Assembly: GCA_964409855.1 (NCBI GenBank)
Contig: CAYPEU010000001.1
Span: forward strand, 10,006 to 74,005
Source of the DNA: an uncultured Desulfocapsa sp.
GTDB lineage: Bacteria > Desulfobacterota > Desulfobulbia > Desulfobulbales > Desulfocapsaceae
Length of the DNA: 64,000 nucleotides
Direction of reading: 5' to 3'
The translations under genes and the position numbers were made by a program. Position 1 is the stretch's first letter. The number at the start of each line of letters is the position of its first letter. The notes beneath the pieces were generated by a model. It had not been told where the DNA came from. It searched no databases and saw nothing but the letters and a program-made list of their open reading frames with translations. Positions 39,001 to 48,128 of this stretch are shown piece after piece.

Positions 39001-39290
39001 ATTTCAGCAGTGAGCACAAAACGAGTGGGAATGGGTTCTGCAGCGACATCTGGTCGCAGGAGTGAAGAAAAATCTCGTTTGCAAGACTCTTTCAGGCGAA
39101 AGAAACCGTTCTCTGCAGGTGACAGAGTCTCTTTAAGTTCTTGAAACCATCCAGGATGGGTGAAATCTCCTGTCCCCAGGACATGTACTCCCTTGATCCG
39201 CGCCCAGGCGGCAAGAGAGGCAATGTGAGAGGCCTTAGAGGTGGCTCTGGAGTAGCGTGAATGAATATGAAGGTCAGCTATAAATCGCAT
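36009..39290 (-). CDS. Endonuclease Q (PHP, TIGR00375-like) fused to a UvrD/PcrA-type SF1A helicase
   Basis: N-terminal: DLHIHSRYS, GTGDFTHP, AHIWTPW, ETGLSSD, SNSDCHS, GKYHHDGHRKC, CPECG. C-terminal: GPGTGKT, DEFQD, GDPDQSIYGFRG, NYRS, TIHASKGLEF, EERRLFYVAMTRA. ATG at 39290. Confidence 0.88.
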   Translation of the reverse strand: MRFIADLHIHSRYSRATSKASHIASLAAWARIKGVHVLGTGDFTHPGWFQELKETLSPAENGFFRLKESCKRDFSSLLRPDVAAEPIPTRFVLTAEISSIYKRGGKVRKVHNILFVPDFASAERINATLAAIGNIESDGRPILGLDSRDLLEILLEKAPGGFLVPAHIWTPWFSLFGSKSGFDRLEDCFGDLSHHIFALETGLSSDPEMNRLVSALDRYTLISNSDCHSPSKLCREANIFETEFDYYSMKKAIENPCDTTGNQRFVATVEFYPEEGKYHHDGHRKCSYCCDPYTSRELSEICPECGKPMTIGVLSRVIDLADRKTPLFPEGSPDVYSLIPLAEILSEIVGVGPNSKTVMFQYLKCIERFGSELNLLLHTPIQEIRDNYSTLLAEAVNRVREKEVIRRAGYDGEFGVISVFQPGEKERFAGQGDIFAEKKQRSKKQKNVRRTVKEKQVSTSVNKEKEKAEKMAANPEQTEVIFHSPGHILVQAGPGTGKTYTLIKRIGYLLTQSPESGAQTVCISFTNKAAEELQSRLKNEYGDRSSGIHASTFHSFCLHWLKKDQPQLQVVGEEERLFFLRRLFPELNQTERRRLVQDIHASLSSPVTSPANGQVRVYLDLLKKEQRVDLDGVTRKFLEDILCGPLRGEFEQTLSTLYVDEFQDLNQLQYEVIRQCARFAHIFAIGDPDQSIYGFRGSHPEFFYSFPKEFPCFRTELRRNYRSPKSVIQGAMAVIGHNPAPLPRVALTATQTASPPIQLHVSPSEKQEAHLLANMIVELIGGTSHRDIERSQRGNMQQSEYSFSDIAILYRSAKMADSLVSVLEEKALPFQIIGKRPFYMKGEVLGLYYRICCAAGSDQLSDYLQFLKQLPGIGETSLATIEKALPYDCTPLLFWDIAGEVSLKKSAKRIELLRRQLSNFTEQAQAHGITTALKECLREEKTRDEQISRFLSLASLFGTDLQAFFTYLRNNSQATLYDERAEKVTLMTIHASKGLEFPVVIIIGVEDGILPSRQSMDKEEVEEERRLFYVAMTRAKEQLILSRSVTRQVYGKKAIFDPSPFLQEIPGEFLQLCHGKKRKLKKKKSAAKQLSLF

Positions 39291-39595
39291 GGCAGGGTGA
39301 CTATGTGAGAAAAAGAAGCAGTCGACGATTCGTGGGTCATGGTTCAAGGCTACCACAATGACACTAAATCACAAGGCTAGAATATAATAAGGCAGTAGCT
39401 GAACAGAGCAGAAGAATCGGAGAAATACTCTTCCTCCAACAGCAATGAAGAAGGGGAGATCACAACCAGAATCAACTTCAGGCTGGAGACAGGCTTTGCT
39501 ATCCATGTCTCAAGGGACAAGGATAGATTCCTGTCTCTGCGTTAGTATCAACATGCTCCACCCCTGACACGCTTGGGTGAATATCTCTGTTGAGG

Positions 39596-40804
39596 TCAGG
39601 CGGTAAACACCTTTTCCTGATGGGCAAAATGAAGCTCTTGGATCCGATTGGCAACGGCCTTTTCATCCAGATCACCTGAAAGATCATATCTGACAAAAGC
39701 CTCGCTGGTCATGCCCTTGAGCAGGCAATAGTCTGGATTTAAGATCAAACAGGTACCGTTATTTCTGAGGATCTCTTCCATCCCCTTGCTGCCCTCGTCA
39801 CCTGCACCTGACAACAGGACGCCGGCTACACGATTCTTTAAGATCCTGCTTGCAGAAATCATCAGCGTATCAAGACCTCCGCTGTTGTCGACCATCTGGT
39901 TGGCCACCATTTGCAAGGTGAAATTTCCACTGTATGGGGAAAGTACAACCTGTTCAACGCCTGGGAAGACGTAACAACCACCACCCTCAAGGGTTAGGCC
40001 ATCCTGAGCCAGTGATACCTTCACAGCACTGATGGCATCAAGGTATTTGATAAAGGATTCAACGTGTTCCACCTCATCCCTGATTGAAACAAGTAACGCT
40101 CCTCCCATTTCAGGATTTAATTCAGGGATAATTTTCGACAGGTTCGCATACCCGCCCTCACCACAGCCAATGACCGTGACAAAATTCGCTTTTTTGAACC
40201 GGTCTTCCATGACCAGTGCGATATCATCACCGCAATGCTCACATTGTACACTGGCTCCTGTCTGCACATGGTCATGGACAAGATGTCGGGTTCCGCAATC
40301 CTCGCAAAAAACCACCTTTCCTTTTGCTTCCTGCAAAACACCGTCTTCAGACACCAGCTGCATGGCGGCTATGGGGTGAACCACTGTTTTAGCTGCTGCA
40401 AATACCTTTTCTACAACAAGGTGACCATGGGCCTCAACGTTCATCCCTTTAAAAAAGCTGCTCTTGCTGATAAAATCCACTGCCCCATATCTCAGCGCAT
40501 CAAAACAGCGTGGTGATCCCTTTTTACTCAGGCTGGAAAGCATAATTGTGGGAACAGGGGTATGGATCATGAGATGCTGCAAGGCAGTCATCCCATCCAT
40601 GGTCGGCATCTCCAGGTCCAGCAGGATAACATCAGGGCTTGTCTTAAGAATCATTTCAAGAGCCTCTATCCCGTTGGCAGCCTCGCCAACGATTTCTATG
40701 TCCTCTCTTTGAAAAAGGGTCTCACGCAAAACAGTTCTGAATACCCAGGAGTCATCTACGATGAGGAGTTTTACCGGAGAGTCGGGGTGGTTATGTTGGC
40801 TCAT
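39596..40804 (-). CDS. CheB-like protein: receiver domain, Zn-ribbon and degenerate methylesterase domain
   Basis: LIVDDS, LDLEMP and DFISK receiver motifs. CEDC..CEHC. The CheB-type domain has altered catalytic motifs. Confidence 0.8.
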   Translation of the reverse strand: MSQHNHPDSPVKLLIVDDSWVFRTVLRETLFQREDIEIVGEAANGIEALEMILKTSPDVILLDLEMPTMDGMTALQHLMIHTPVPTIMLSSLSKKGSPRCFDALRYGAVDFISKSSFFKGMNVEAHGHLVVEKVFAAAKTVVHPIAAMQLVSEDGVLQEAKGKVVFCEDCGTRHLVHDHVQTGASVQCEHCGDDIALVMEDRFKKANFVTVIGCGEGGYANLSKIIPELNPEMGGALLVSIRDEVEHVESFIKYLDAISAVKVSLAQDGLTLEGGGCYVFPGVEQVVLSPYSGNFTLQMVANQMVDNSGGLDTLMISASRILKNRVAGVLLSGAGDEGSKGMEEILRNNGTCLILNPDYCLLKGMTSEAFVRYDLSGDLDEKAVANRIQELHFAHQEKVFTA

Positions 40805-41165
40805 ATTTTACTGTCTGAGGAAGATAAGAAACAAAGTCAATTTACAAAACGAATACTGTTTTCATGTACAATCGCCAGCCGGGAAACACATTGCAGCCAA
40901 GCTCATTACCCCTTTGCTGCAAGGGTTTACCACTACCCTTTGTGGATACGTCGATCAAGGCGGCAAAGCCATTGCCTGCGCAAAAGGCCAGTCTGATCAC
41001 AACCCAAGACGACTGCTGCCTGCAGCGGAAAATGTGGTGTTGAAATTTCCAACACTATTTTACATTTAACATAAAAAAAAGAGCAAAAGTCAAGTGCTTC
41101 CCCCTTTTTATGCTTCATATGCCGGCAGGCGACAACTCACGCCTGTTCCCTCTGGAGAAAAGAGC

Positions 41166-41807
41166 CTAGCCTGCAGAATAGATGTTGCGCTGTTTGATAT
41201 ATTCAGGAATTCCCTTGGGGACAAGTTTGTCTATGGGAAGTCCTTTTGCCACCCGTTTGCGTACCTCTGAGGAAGAAACAGGGGGGAGCATGATGGAAGA
41301 ACTGTAGATCCACTTTTTAGAAGCTGCATTGTACCATCCAGCTCCTTTTTCTTGATAGTCAAAACGGCTGAAAAGAGCGTACATCTTCTGATTATCGCTT
41401 CCCATACGTGAAAAAACGATGAAATGGGTTGTACGCAGAAGTTCCTGGTATTCTTTCCAGGTGAGGATGTCGAGAAAAGTATCTGCTCCAGTGATAAAGT
41501 AAAAATCAACAGGATGGGCAGCGTGCAGCAAAAGATAGCGAAGGGTATCGATGGTATAGGAAGGAACGGGCAGGAGTTGCTCAATGGTTGAGAAATTGAG
41601 AGTTGGTCGTTCTCTCACCGCAATTTCGAGCATGGCAACCCTGTCGGAGAAATCACTGACTGCCACCTGTTTATGTGGTGGTACTGCAGCGGGCAGCAGA
41701 ATGATCTCATCGAGACTACACAGCTTGCCCGCTGCTTCAGCGAGTGCAAGGTGGCCGTTGTGGACCGGATCAAAGGTGCCGCCCAGGATGCCAGTCTTCC
41801 GTGTCAA
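41166..41807 (-). CDS. nadD: Nicotinate-nucleotide adenylyltransferase
   Basis: GGTFDPVHNGH, PPHK, SYTIDT, GAD, SSSEVR. Confidence 0.94.
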   Translation of the reverse strand: MTRKTGILGGTFDPVHNGHLALAEAAGKLCSLDEIILLPAAVPPHKQVAVSDFSDRVAMLEIAVRERPTLNFSTIEQLLPVPSYTIDTLRYLLLHAAHPVDFYFITGADTFLDILTWKEYQELLRTTHFIVFSRMGSDNQKMYALFSRFDYQEKGAGWYNAASKKWIYSSSIMLPPVSSSEVRKRVAKGLPIDKLVPKGIPEYIKQRNIYSAG

Positions 41808-43072
41808 CTCCTGACCTGCCCCTGGCCGTAGACGATAAATTTTCTTGTGGTCAGCTCTTTGAGTCCCATAGGGCCATAGGCGTGCAGTTTGGTGGTACTG
41901 ATACCGATCTCCGCGCCCAGGCCAAGCTGGCCTCCGTCATTGAAACGGGTGGAGGTGTTGACCATTACAGCAGAGGCATCGACCTCGGCAAGGAACCTCT
42001 GGGCATTGGAATAATTCTCGGTGAGAATATTCTCTGTGTGCTGCGATCCGTATTGTGCAATATAGGCAAAGGCCTCATCCATATCAGCCACTATCCGAAC
42101 GCAGAGAATCAGATCAAGGAATTCAGTACCCCAGTCACTCTCCTTGGCCGGTGTTATATCGTGTGCGATTCGTACAGATTCTTTGCAGCCCAGCATCCGA
42201 ACACCTGCCTGGCGTAAACTGTCCGCCAGGACAGGAAGATAGGACTCTGCTATGTCCTTGTGAATGAGGAGTCCTTCAAGGGCATTGCAGACGCCTGGGC
42301 GCTGGGCCTTGGAGTTAAGAATGATGGGTGTTGCCTTTTCCAGGTCGGCGTCCCGGTCAACATAGATATGACAGACCCCCTTATAATGTTTCAGCACAGG
42401 GATACGAGAGGTCTCGGAGACAAAACGGATAAGCCCCTCCCCTCCCCGGGGAATGATGAGATCCAGGTATTCCTCCTGGCTGAGCATGATATTGACCGCC
42501 TCCCGATCTGTCACAGGAATAACCTGGATGGCATCTGCTGCCACCCCCTGGCTCTCCAGGGCCTGCTGAAGGACAGAGGCAAGGGCCCTGTTGGAATGAA
42601 TGGCTTCGGAACCGCCTCGTAACACAATGGCATTTCCAGCTTTCAGGCAAAGCGCAGCTGCATCCACTGTCACATTGGGCCTTGACTCATAAATCATGCC
42701 AATGACCCCCAAGGGCACACGCATGCGTCCAACCATGAGGCCGTTGGGTCGCTTGGTTAACTTTTCTACTTCACCGACCGGGTCTGGAAGGGCTGCTACT
42801 TCACGAAGGCCTTCCATCATGGAGGCTATCACCTGATCAGAAAGCTCAAGACGATCAAGCATGGCAGCAGAGAGGCCTTTTTCTCTTCCAGCAGCAAGGT
42901 CTTTTGCATTTTCTTCCTGGATATAGTGCCGTCTGGCATCGATGACATCAGCCATATGGAGCAGAACCTTGTTCTTGGCCTCTGTTGAAAGCGTTGCCAG
43001 AGATCTTGCAGCATTTTTTGCCCGCCTGGCCATTTGTTGAATATCGGTAGCCAGCTTTTCTGAATTGCTCAT
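41804..43072 (-). CDS. proA: Gamma-glutamyl phosphate reductase
   Basis: IYESRPNVT, PRGGEGL, VCNALE, NTSTRF, ISTTKLHAYGP. Confidence 0.96.
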   Translation of the reverse strand: MSNSEKLATDIQQMARRAKNAARSLATLSTEAKNKVLLHMADVIDARRHYIQEENAKDLAAGREKGLSAAMLDRLELSDQVIASMMEGLREVAALPDPVGEVEKLTKRPNGLMVGRMRVPLGVIGMIYESRPNVTVDAAALCLKAGNAIVLRGGSEAIHSNRALASVLQQALESQGVAADAIQVIPVTDREAVNIMLSQEEYLDLIIPRGGEGLIRFVSETSRIPVLKHYKGVCHIYVDRDADLEKATPIILNSKAQRPGVCNALEGLLIHKDIAESYLPVLADSLRQAGVRMLGCKESVRIAHDITPAKESDWGTEFLDLILCVRIVADMDEAFAYIAQYGSQHTENILTENYSNAQRFLAEVDASAVMVNTSTRFNDGGQLGLGAEIGISTTKLHAYGPMGLKELTTRKFIVYGQGQVRS

Positions 43073-43090
43073 ATCCCTTCCTCTATCCTC

Positions 43091-44269
43091 TTAGAGTAGC
43101 ACAAGATTATCGCGATGAATGACCTCATCGTAATCTTTCATTCCCAGGAGCTCAACGATTTCCTGGGAATGATGTTGTTTAATTTTATCAACGTCGACGG
43201 AATTGTAATTAATGAGTCCTGCAGCAATCACATTTCCGTTCCGATCCAGACAATGGACTGCCTCACCAATACCGAATTGACCGCGAACTTCAAGGATACC
43301 GGATGGCAGCAGACTGCGGCCTTGAGCGGTGATGGCCGAACAGGCACCATGATCGAGGACGAGACTGCCCTTTGGGCGAAGGACATGGGCAATCCATTGT
43401 TTTCGCCGGGTAATCTTATCCTTGGCAGGGAGAAAAAATGTGCCTATCATCTCTCCGCTGAAGAGTTGCTGCAGGATACCTTTTTCCCTGCCAGGTCCGA
43501 TAAACGAACAGCCTCCACCAACGGAAACCATCTTCGCGGCCCTGATCTTTGACTGCATTCCTCCGGTTCCCAAAGCGCTTTTAACATTTCCGGCCATGGC
43601 CTCAATCTCTTTTGTTACTGAGCTAACCGTATACACGGGTCGGGCATCAGGATCTACCTGGGGATTGCCGGTATAGAGCCCAACCACATCCGTGAGACAG
43701 AGAAACATGTCCGCCTCTATGAGATTGCTGATCAGGGCAGCCAGGGTATCATTGTCGCCAAAACGCAGTTCTTCAACGGCAACCGTATCATTTTCATTCA
43801 AAATGGGGATGGCACCAAAGCGGAACAAGGAGAGGATGGTATTTCGTACACGGAGGTAGCGGTCTCTATCGGCAAGATCTGAATGGGTGAGGAGCACCTG
43901 GGAAACCGTTTGTCCAAATTGGGCAAAGGCCTTCCCGTAAGACTGCATAAGAATCGGCTGACCAATTGCAGCAAGTGCCTGTTTCTCTTTCAGGCCAAGC
44001 TCCTCTCCATCCGGAACAACAACCTTACGCTTCCCTGCAGACACGGCACCGGAACTGACAAGAATCACTTCCCTGCCACTCTGCTTGAGAAAGCTCAGCT
44101 CTTTTGCTATGTTCTCTATGACAGAGTGGTTGATGCCGTCATCGTCGGTGAGCACAGCTGAACCGACCTTGACGACAACACGTTTGGCATTGTCAAAGTA
44201 GGTTTGACGGAAATAAAGTCCTTCCTCCCTGTTGATCTCGATTGCACCCTTAGCCATAAACAGGTTCAC
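43091..44269 (-). CDS. proB: Glutamate 5-kinase with PUA domain
   Basis: VVKVGS, VSSGAV, NENDTV, FGDND, GTGGM. Confidence 0.96.
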   Translation of the reverse strand: MNLFMAKGAIEINREEGLYFRQTYFDNAKRVVVKVGSAVLTDDDGINHSVIENIAKELSFLKQSGREVILVSSGAVSAGKRKVVVPDGEELGLKEKQALAAIGQPILMQSYGKAFAQFGQTVSQVLLTHSDLADRDRYLRVRNTILSLFRFGAIPILNENDTVAVEELRFGDNDTLAALISNLIEADMFLCLTDVVGLYTGNPQVDPDARPVYTVSSVTKEIEAMAGNVKSALGTGGMQSKIRAAKMVSVGGGCSFIGPGREKGILQQLFSGEMIGTFFLPAKDKITRRKQWIAHVLRPKGSLVLDHGACSAITAQGRSLLPSGILEVRGQFGIGEAVHCLDRNGNVIAAGLINYNSVDVDKIKQHHSQEIVELLGMKDYDEVIHRDNLVLL

Positions 44270-45339
44270 TCATTTTCATTGGAATTTTCACTTGCAGCTA
44301 GTTGCTGCCTGTCCTCAGCAGTTGTCTCAAGTTGAACAGAATCCTGAGCTTTCGACTCTTCCAGTGCATCAGCAATCCATAATTTAATGGCGTCGACGCC
44401 CTCTCCGGTAAGTCCTGCAATGGGCAATGTTTCAATTCCCAGCTCACTGAACTCACTCCGGAGTTGCTTCACTGTTTCAGGAGGGGCAATATCGATTTTA
44501 TTCAGGACAAGCAGTCTTGTTTTTAAAAGGAGTTCTTCTTTGTAGCTTTGTAATTCCTTTTCCACCACAAGGAAGTCCTCCATGGCCTGCTCGCTGGAGG
44601 CATCAAGGATATGGAGTAAAATTCGTGTTCGTTCTATATGGCGAAGGAAGGTAAAACCCAGGCCTACACCCTCATGTGCCCCTTCAATTAGTCCTGGGAT
44701 GTCGGCGATTATGCAAGATTCTTTATGCTGAAGATGCAGTACGCCAAGCTGGGGCTCCAGGGTTGTAAACGGGTAACTCGCCACCTTGGGATTGGCAGCT
44801 GAGAGCTTGGAGAGGAGTGTGGACTTCCCTGCATTGGGCAGGCCGACCAGGCCCACATCAGCAATGAGTTTCAATTCAATACGAAGCCATTTCTCCTCAC
44901 CCTCGGTTCCTTTGGTGGCGATACGGGGTGTCCTGTTCGTCCCTGATGCAAAATGCCGGTTCCCAAGCCCGCCTTTCCCGCCCCTGGCAGCAATGAAACG
45001 ATCACCGGCGTTGCAGAGATCAGCCAGGACTTCTCCAGTTTCACTATCCTTAATGATGGAGCCGACAGGGACAGTCATCAGGCAATCATTCCCTTTCCGC
45101 CCATGCATGTCTTTGCCCATACCGTGAGTTCCACGTTTTGCCTTGAAATGGGAGCGATAGCGAAAATCTATGAGAGACTGCAACCTGGTGGAACATTCGA
45201 TTATGACACTGCCGCCGTGCCCACCATCTCCTCCATTTGGGCCTCCCCTGGGAACATACTTCTCCCGGCGAAAACTGACACAGCCGTTGCCCCCATCTCC
45301 TGCCTTTACAAAAAACTTTGCTTCGTCTACAAATGCCAT
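44266..45339 (-). CDS. obgE: GTPase Obg
   Basis: FVDE, Gly-rich Obg fold, GLPNAGKS, YPFTT, DIPG, NKID. Confidence 0.96.
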   Translation of the reverse strand: MAFVDEAKFFVKAGDGGNGCVSFRREKYVPRGGPNGGDGGHGGSVIIECSTRLQSLIDFRYRSHFKAKRGTHGMGKDMHGRKGNDCLMTVPVGSIIKDSETGEVLADLCNAGDRFIAARGGKGGLGNRHFASGTNRTPRIATKGTEGEEKWLRIELKLIADVGLVGLPNAGKSTLLSKLSAANPKVASYPFTTLEPQLGVLHLQHKESCIIADIPGLIEGAHEGVGLGFTFLRHIERTRILLHILDASSEQAMEDFLVVEKELQSYKEELLLKTRLLVLNKIDIAPPETVKQLRSEFSELGIETLPIAGLTGEGVDAIKLWIADALEESKAQDSVQLETTAEDRQQLAASENSNENE

Positions 45340-45410
45340 AACTATTGCACCAAACCTTTTTTCAAGTATTGAATGACCTCAAAGAAGTTAAAAAGAGGGT
45401 TGGATAGGAG

Positions 45411-45451
45411 AAAAAAAAACTCGACCGTCAATACTAAGGATTGAGGTCGAG
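45411..45451 (-). terminator. Intrinsic terminator after rpmA
   Basis: CTCGACC...GGTCGAG stem followed by T9 on the minus strand. Confidence 0.7.
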
Positions 45452-45524
45452 CAGGTACCTGGTTCATAATTGACCGCTTGACGCAGCCCCAGGAGAAAGA
45501 TTGAGATGTTCCTTTCTGCCCTTA

Positions 45525-45782
45525 TCAGGTAGCAGGATACACACTCACTCTTTTTTTCTTATGTCCGAAATCTTCAAAGGTTACTATACCATCAACCTTA
45601 GCAAAAAGCGTATAGTCTCTGCCGCAACCAACATTGGTTCCAGGATGAATCTTGGTCCCGAGCTGTCGTACTATAATAGTTCCAGCAGTGATATTCTCAC
45701 CGCCATAACGTTTTACACCACGCCTCTGTCCCTGACTGTCGCGACCATTCCTTGAACTACCGCCTGCTTTCTTATGTGCCAT
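45525..45782 (-). CDS. rpmA: 50S ribosomal protein L27
   Basis: [23 protein letters not shown]. Confidence 0.97.
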   Translation of the reverse strand: MAHKKAGGSSRNGRDSQGQRRGVKRYGGENITAGTIIVRQLGTKIHPGTNVGCGRDYTLFAKVDGIVTFEDFGHKKKRVSVYPAT

Positions 45783-45853
45783 TTCTTACTCCTTGTCACC
45801 CCTTCCAATCAGGAAACGGATTTTTTTCAATCTTTATTCTAAGCGAGATACCT

Positions 45854-46165
45854 TCAGGCACTGATTTCCTGAATCTGAAGGGCAGTATAGAATTGACGAT
45901 GTCCTTTTTTCAACCTGTACCCTTTACGTCTTTTCTTTTTGAACACGATGATTTTTTTTGCCTTTCCCTGCTCAGCGATGGTGGCAACAACCTTTGCATT
46001 TTCCACAACAGGGCGACCAACCTGGGTGTTATCCCCATCCACAATCATCAGCACATCGGTCAGTTCAACAGTATCACCTACGTTGCCTTCAAGTTTTTCA
46101 ACGCGCAACTGATCACCATTTGTGACCTGATACTGTTTCCCGCCGGTTCTTACTATTGCATACAT
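45854..46165 (-). CDS. rplU: 50S ribosomal protein L21
   Basis: [16 protein letters not shown]. Confidence 0.97.
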   Translation of the reverse strand: MYAIVRTGGKQYQVTNGDQLRVEKLEGNVGDTVELTDVLMIVDGDNTQVGRPVVENAKVVATIAEQGKAKKIIVFKKKRRKGYRLKKGHRQFYTALQIQEISA

Positions 46166-46227
46166 TCGAGAGTCCTCATTGGATATTTACAGCAATTAAG
46201 TTTGTATTTATGATAAGAGAATCAGAA

Positions 46228-46256
46228 AGTAAACCTTTTCTCCCTGGAAATGTCAA
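46228..46256 (-). promoter_or_regulatory. Putative sigma70 promoter of rplU-rpmA
   Basis: TTGACA-N17-TTTACT. Confidence 0.55.
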
Positions 46257-46277
46257 CAGATTTCACCCCATTCCCAT

Positions 46278-46338
46278 AAAAAAAGGCAGCGCAGGCCGGG
46301 ATTTTCGCTTCCCTGCAAAAATCCCGGCCTGGACTGCC
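46278..46338 (-). terminator. Intrinsic terminator after the AP2-domain gene
   Basis: Long stem CAGGCCGGGATTTT/AAAATCCCGGCCTG, then T7 on the minus strand. Confidence 0.75.
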
Positions 46339-46367
46339 TGAACAAGTTCTTTCCCGAAGAAGAACGA

Positions 46368-46808
46368 TCATATCCCCAAACGGGCCCTCTCCTTTTCCTG
46401 ACGAATCTTACAGGCCTTGATAAAAGCGTTTTCTTTGCCATGTTTCCTGATGGAAACAGAGGTCTTCCCCTGTTTGCCGTGACTCGACACCCAGCTAACC
46501 TCATAACGGTTAAATTTGCTATTGAGCCGCACCCCGACAACGCCCGTTCCTGAATTACTGACAGTGACGAGATGTTTGTTGGTTCGTACCTTGCCAAGTC
46601 TTTTTTCAGTTGTATCCCTCCAGGCGATGGCTGAAAGAAGACTGGAATAACGTCCTCCACACTTTCTGTCGGAAAAAAACTTCGAGTGGGTCTTCCCCTG
46701 GAACCTGACACGAACATACCAGCCATGGGTCCGTTTGCTCTCCTGATCAATCCTGGCAATATCTTTATGCTTTTCAAGCATGAATTTTTGTTTTTTTTTG
46801 TTCTCCAC
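46368..46808 (-). CDS. Basic DNA-binding protein with two AP2-like domains
   Basis: GWYVRVRF..K.F....GG...L..A..WRD, and TGVVGV...YEVSW....K..SIRKHG..NAF..A...R. AGGAG RBS before the GTG. Confidence 0.75.
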   Translation of the reverse strand: MENKKKQKFMLEKHKDIARIDQESKRTHGWYVRVRFQGKTHSKFFSDRKCGGRYSSLLSAIAWRDTTEKRLGKVRTNKHLVTVSNSGTGVVGVRLNSKFNRYEVSWVSSHGKQGKTSVSIRKHGKENAFIKACKIRQEKERARLGI

Positions 46809-46937
46809 AGTAAATCTCCTCTTTTTGCACTACATTATATTGGTAAAAATCCTTGACAATAAGGTGGATATGCAGCATCAGGACCTGATATGCACTGCTC
46901 GCCCTTCAAATAAGAATGAGTTTTGATGCTAAAAAAG

Positions 46938-46966
46938 GTACTACTTAATCAGTCAGGGGGTGTCAA
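46938..46966 (-). promoter_or_regulatory. Putative sigma70 promoter of the AP2 gene
   Basis: TTGACA-N17-TAGTAC. Confidence 0.4.
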
Positions 46967-47083
46967 CAGTTTTTTATTGTCCCTACAAACCCTATAAACA
47001 CTGGTTAACGTGTTAATTTTCACCTGCTAACCACGTAACCCAATGAAACTAATATTTTTTACCAAAAAGGCGTTTCTCTTTCC

Positions 47084-47479
47084 ATGAACTTAGACACAAA
47101 TAATTTTTCTCTATTCTGCAAAACAATTTCCCGTTTGCGCGCCAAAGACGGTTGTCCCTGGGACCGGAAACAGGATGTCAGGAGTCTGAAAAAATACGTA
47201 CAGGAAGAATGCAACGAGCTCCTGGAAGCCATGGAAAATGACGATCATGACCATCTCTGCGAGGAGATGGGCGACATGCTTTTTCTCCTGGTGCTGCTAA
47301 GCGAGATTAGCTCAGAGGCAGGTCACTTTCATATCAATGACGTGATAACCGGGATCAACGACAAAATGATTCGACGCCATCCCCATGTATTCAGTGATGT
47401 GACTGTCGGCAGTGACAAGGAACTTAAGGAACAGTGGGAAAAAATCAAATCCCTGGAAAAGGGGAAAAAAACAAATTGA
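47084..47479 (+). CDS. mazG: MazG-family nucleotide pyrophosphohydrolase (single domain)
   Basis: GCPWDRKQ, EECNEL, EEMGD, KMIRRHPHVF. Confidence 0.88.
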   Translation: MNLDTNNFSLFCKTISRLRAKDGCPWDRKQDVRSLKKYVQEECNELLEAMENDDHDHLCEEMGDMLFLLVLLSEISSEAGHFHINDVITGINDKMIRRHPHVFSDVTVGSDKELKEQWEKIKSLEKGKKTN

Positions 47480-47504
47480 CACATTTGGTTCATCTATGTA
47501 ATAA
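47476..47504 (+). promoter_or_regulatory. Putative sigma70 promoter of the rpsF operon
   Basis: TTGACA-N17-TAATAA. Confidence 0.45.
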
Positions 47505-47568
47505 GATAGGTTTCATTTATAGAGATGCGTCAATAACGCATTCCTGTTCGGCATAGGGTCCGGACAGC

Positions 47569-47647
47569 ACCTCTTCGCTCTTGCTGCAACTGAGGCAAGG
47601 GCCAAAAAACGGGTTTATACCCACACATCGTGAGTCCAAGAGGAGGA
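47569..47647 (+). promoter_or_regulatory. Candidate S6:S18 autoregulatory leader RNA
   Basis: Directly upstream of rpsF. CCTCTT/CTCCTT can pair with the AAGAGGAGG RBS, with an internal hairpin CCTTGC..GCAAGG. Position matches the known S6:S18 leader class. Confidence 0.45.
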
Positions 47648-47651
47648 ACAC

Positions 47652-48092
47652 ATGCGCAGGTACGAGACGATCTACATCCTTCGTCCAACATTGAGTGAGG
47701 ATGAGATCAACACACTTATTGAAAGCACCAATACCATACTCGGTACTGATGCAGGTCAGATTATTTCCCTCGACAAATGGGGATTACGCAAACTGGCCTA
47801 TCTGATTAAAAAAGAAGCTCAGGGATATTACGTTTTCTGCGACTACGCTACAGATCCGAAAAATGTGGCAGAAATGGAACGTAAATTCAGAATCGATGAT
47901 TCCGTCATGAAATATATGACGGTAAAACTCGCTGACTCCATCACTGAAGAAGAAATCGAGGCTGCCCGCGGAGAGCATGAAGCCGCAAAAGCAGCAGCCG
48001 CCGCTGCAGAAGAAGAAGTAGCCGAGGACGAAAAAAGTGAAGAGAGTGAGAAAAAAGATTCAGAAAAAACTGATTCGGATGACGATAAATAA
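47652..48092 (+). CDS. rpsF: 30S ribosomal protein S6 with acidic C-terminal tail
   Basis: MRRYETIYILRP, WGLRKLAY. Confidence 0.96.
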   Translation: MRRYETIYILRPTLSEDEINTLIESTNTILGTDAGQIISLDKWGLRKLAYLIKKEAQGYYVFCDYATDPKNVAEMERKFRIDDSVMKYMTVKLADSITEEEIEAARGEHEAAKAAAAAAEEEVAEDEKSEESEKKDSEKTDSDDDK

Positions 48093-48128
48093 TCCGCTAT
48101 ACCTAAACAGTTAATCCAGGAGATACCC

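Noticed and set aside
40909-40931. GGTAAACCCTT..AAAGGGG hairpin upstream of the CheB-like gene as a c-di-GMP-I riboswitch
   Set aside because: Lacks the GNRA loop and the GCAAAG / P3 elements of the consensus.
47970-48092. Low-complexity Ala/Glu/Lys/Asp repeats at the end of rpsF
   Set aside because: Ordinary acidic S6 tail, not a DNA repeat element.
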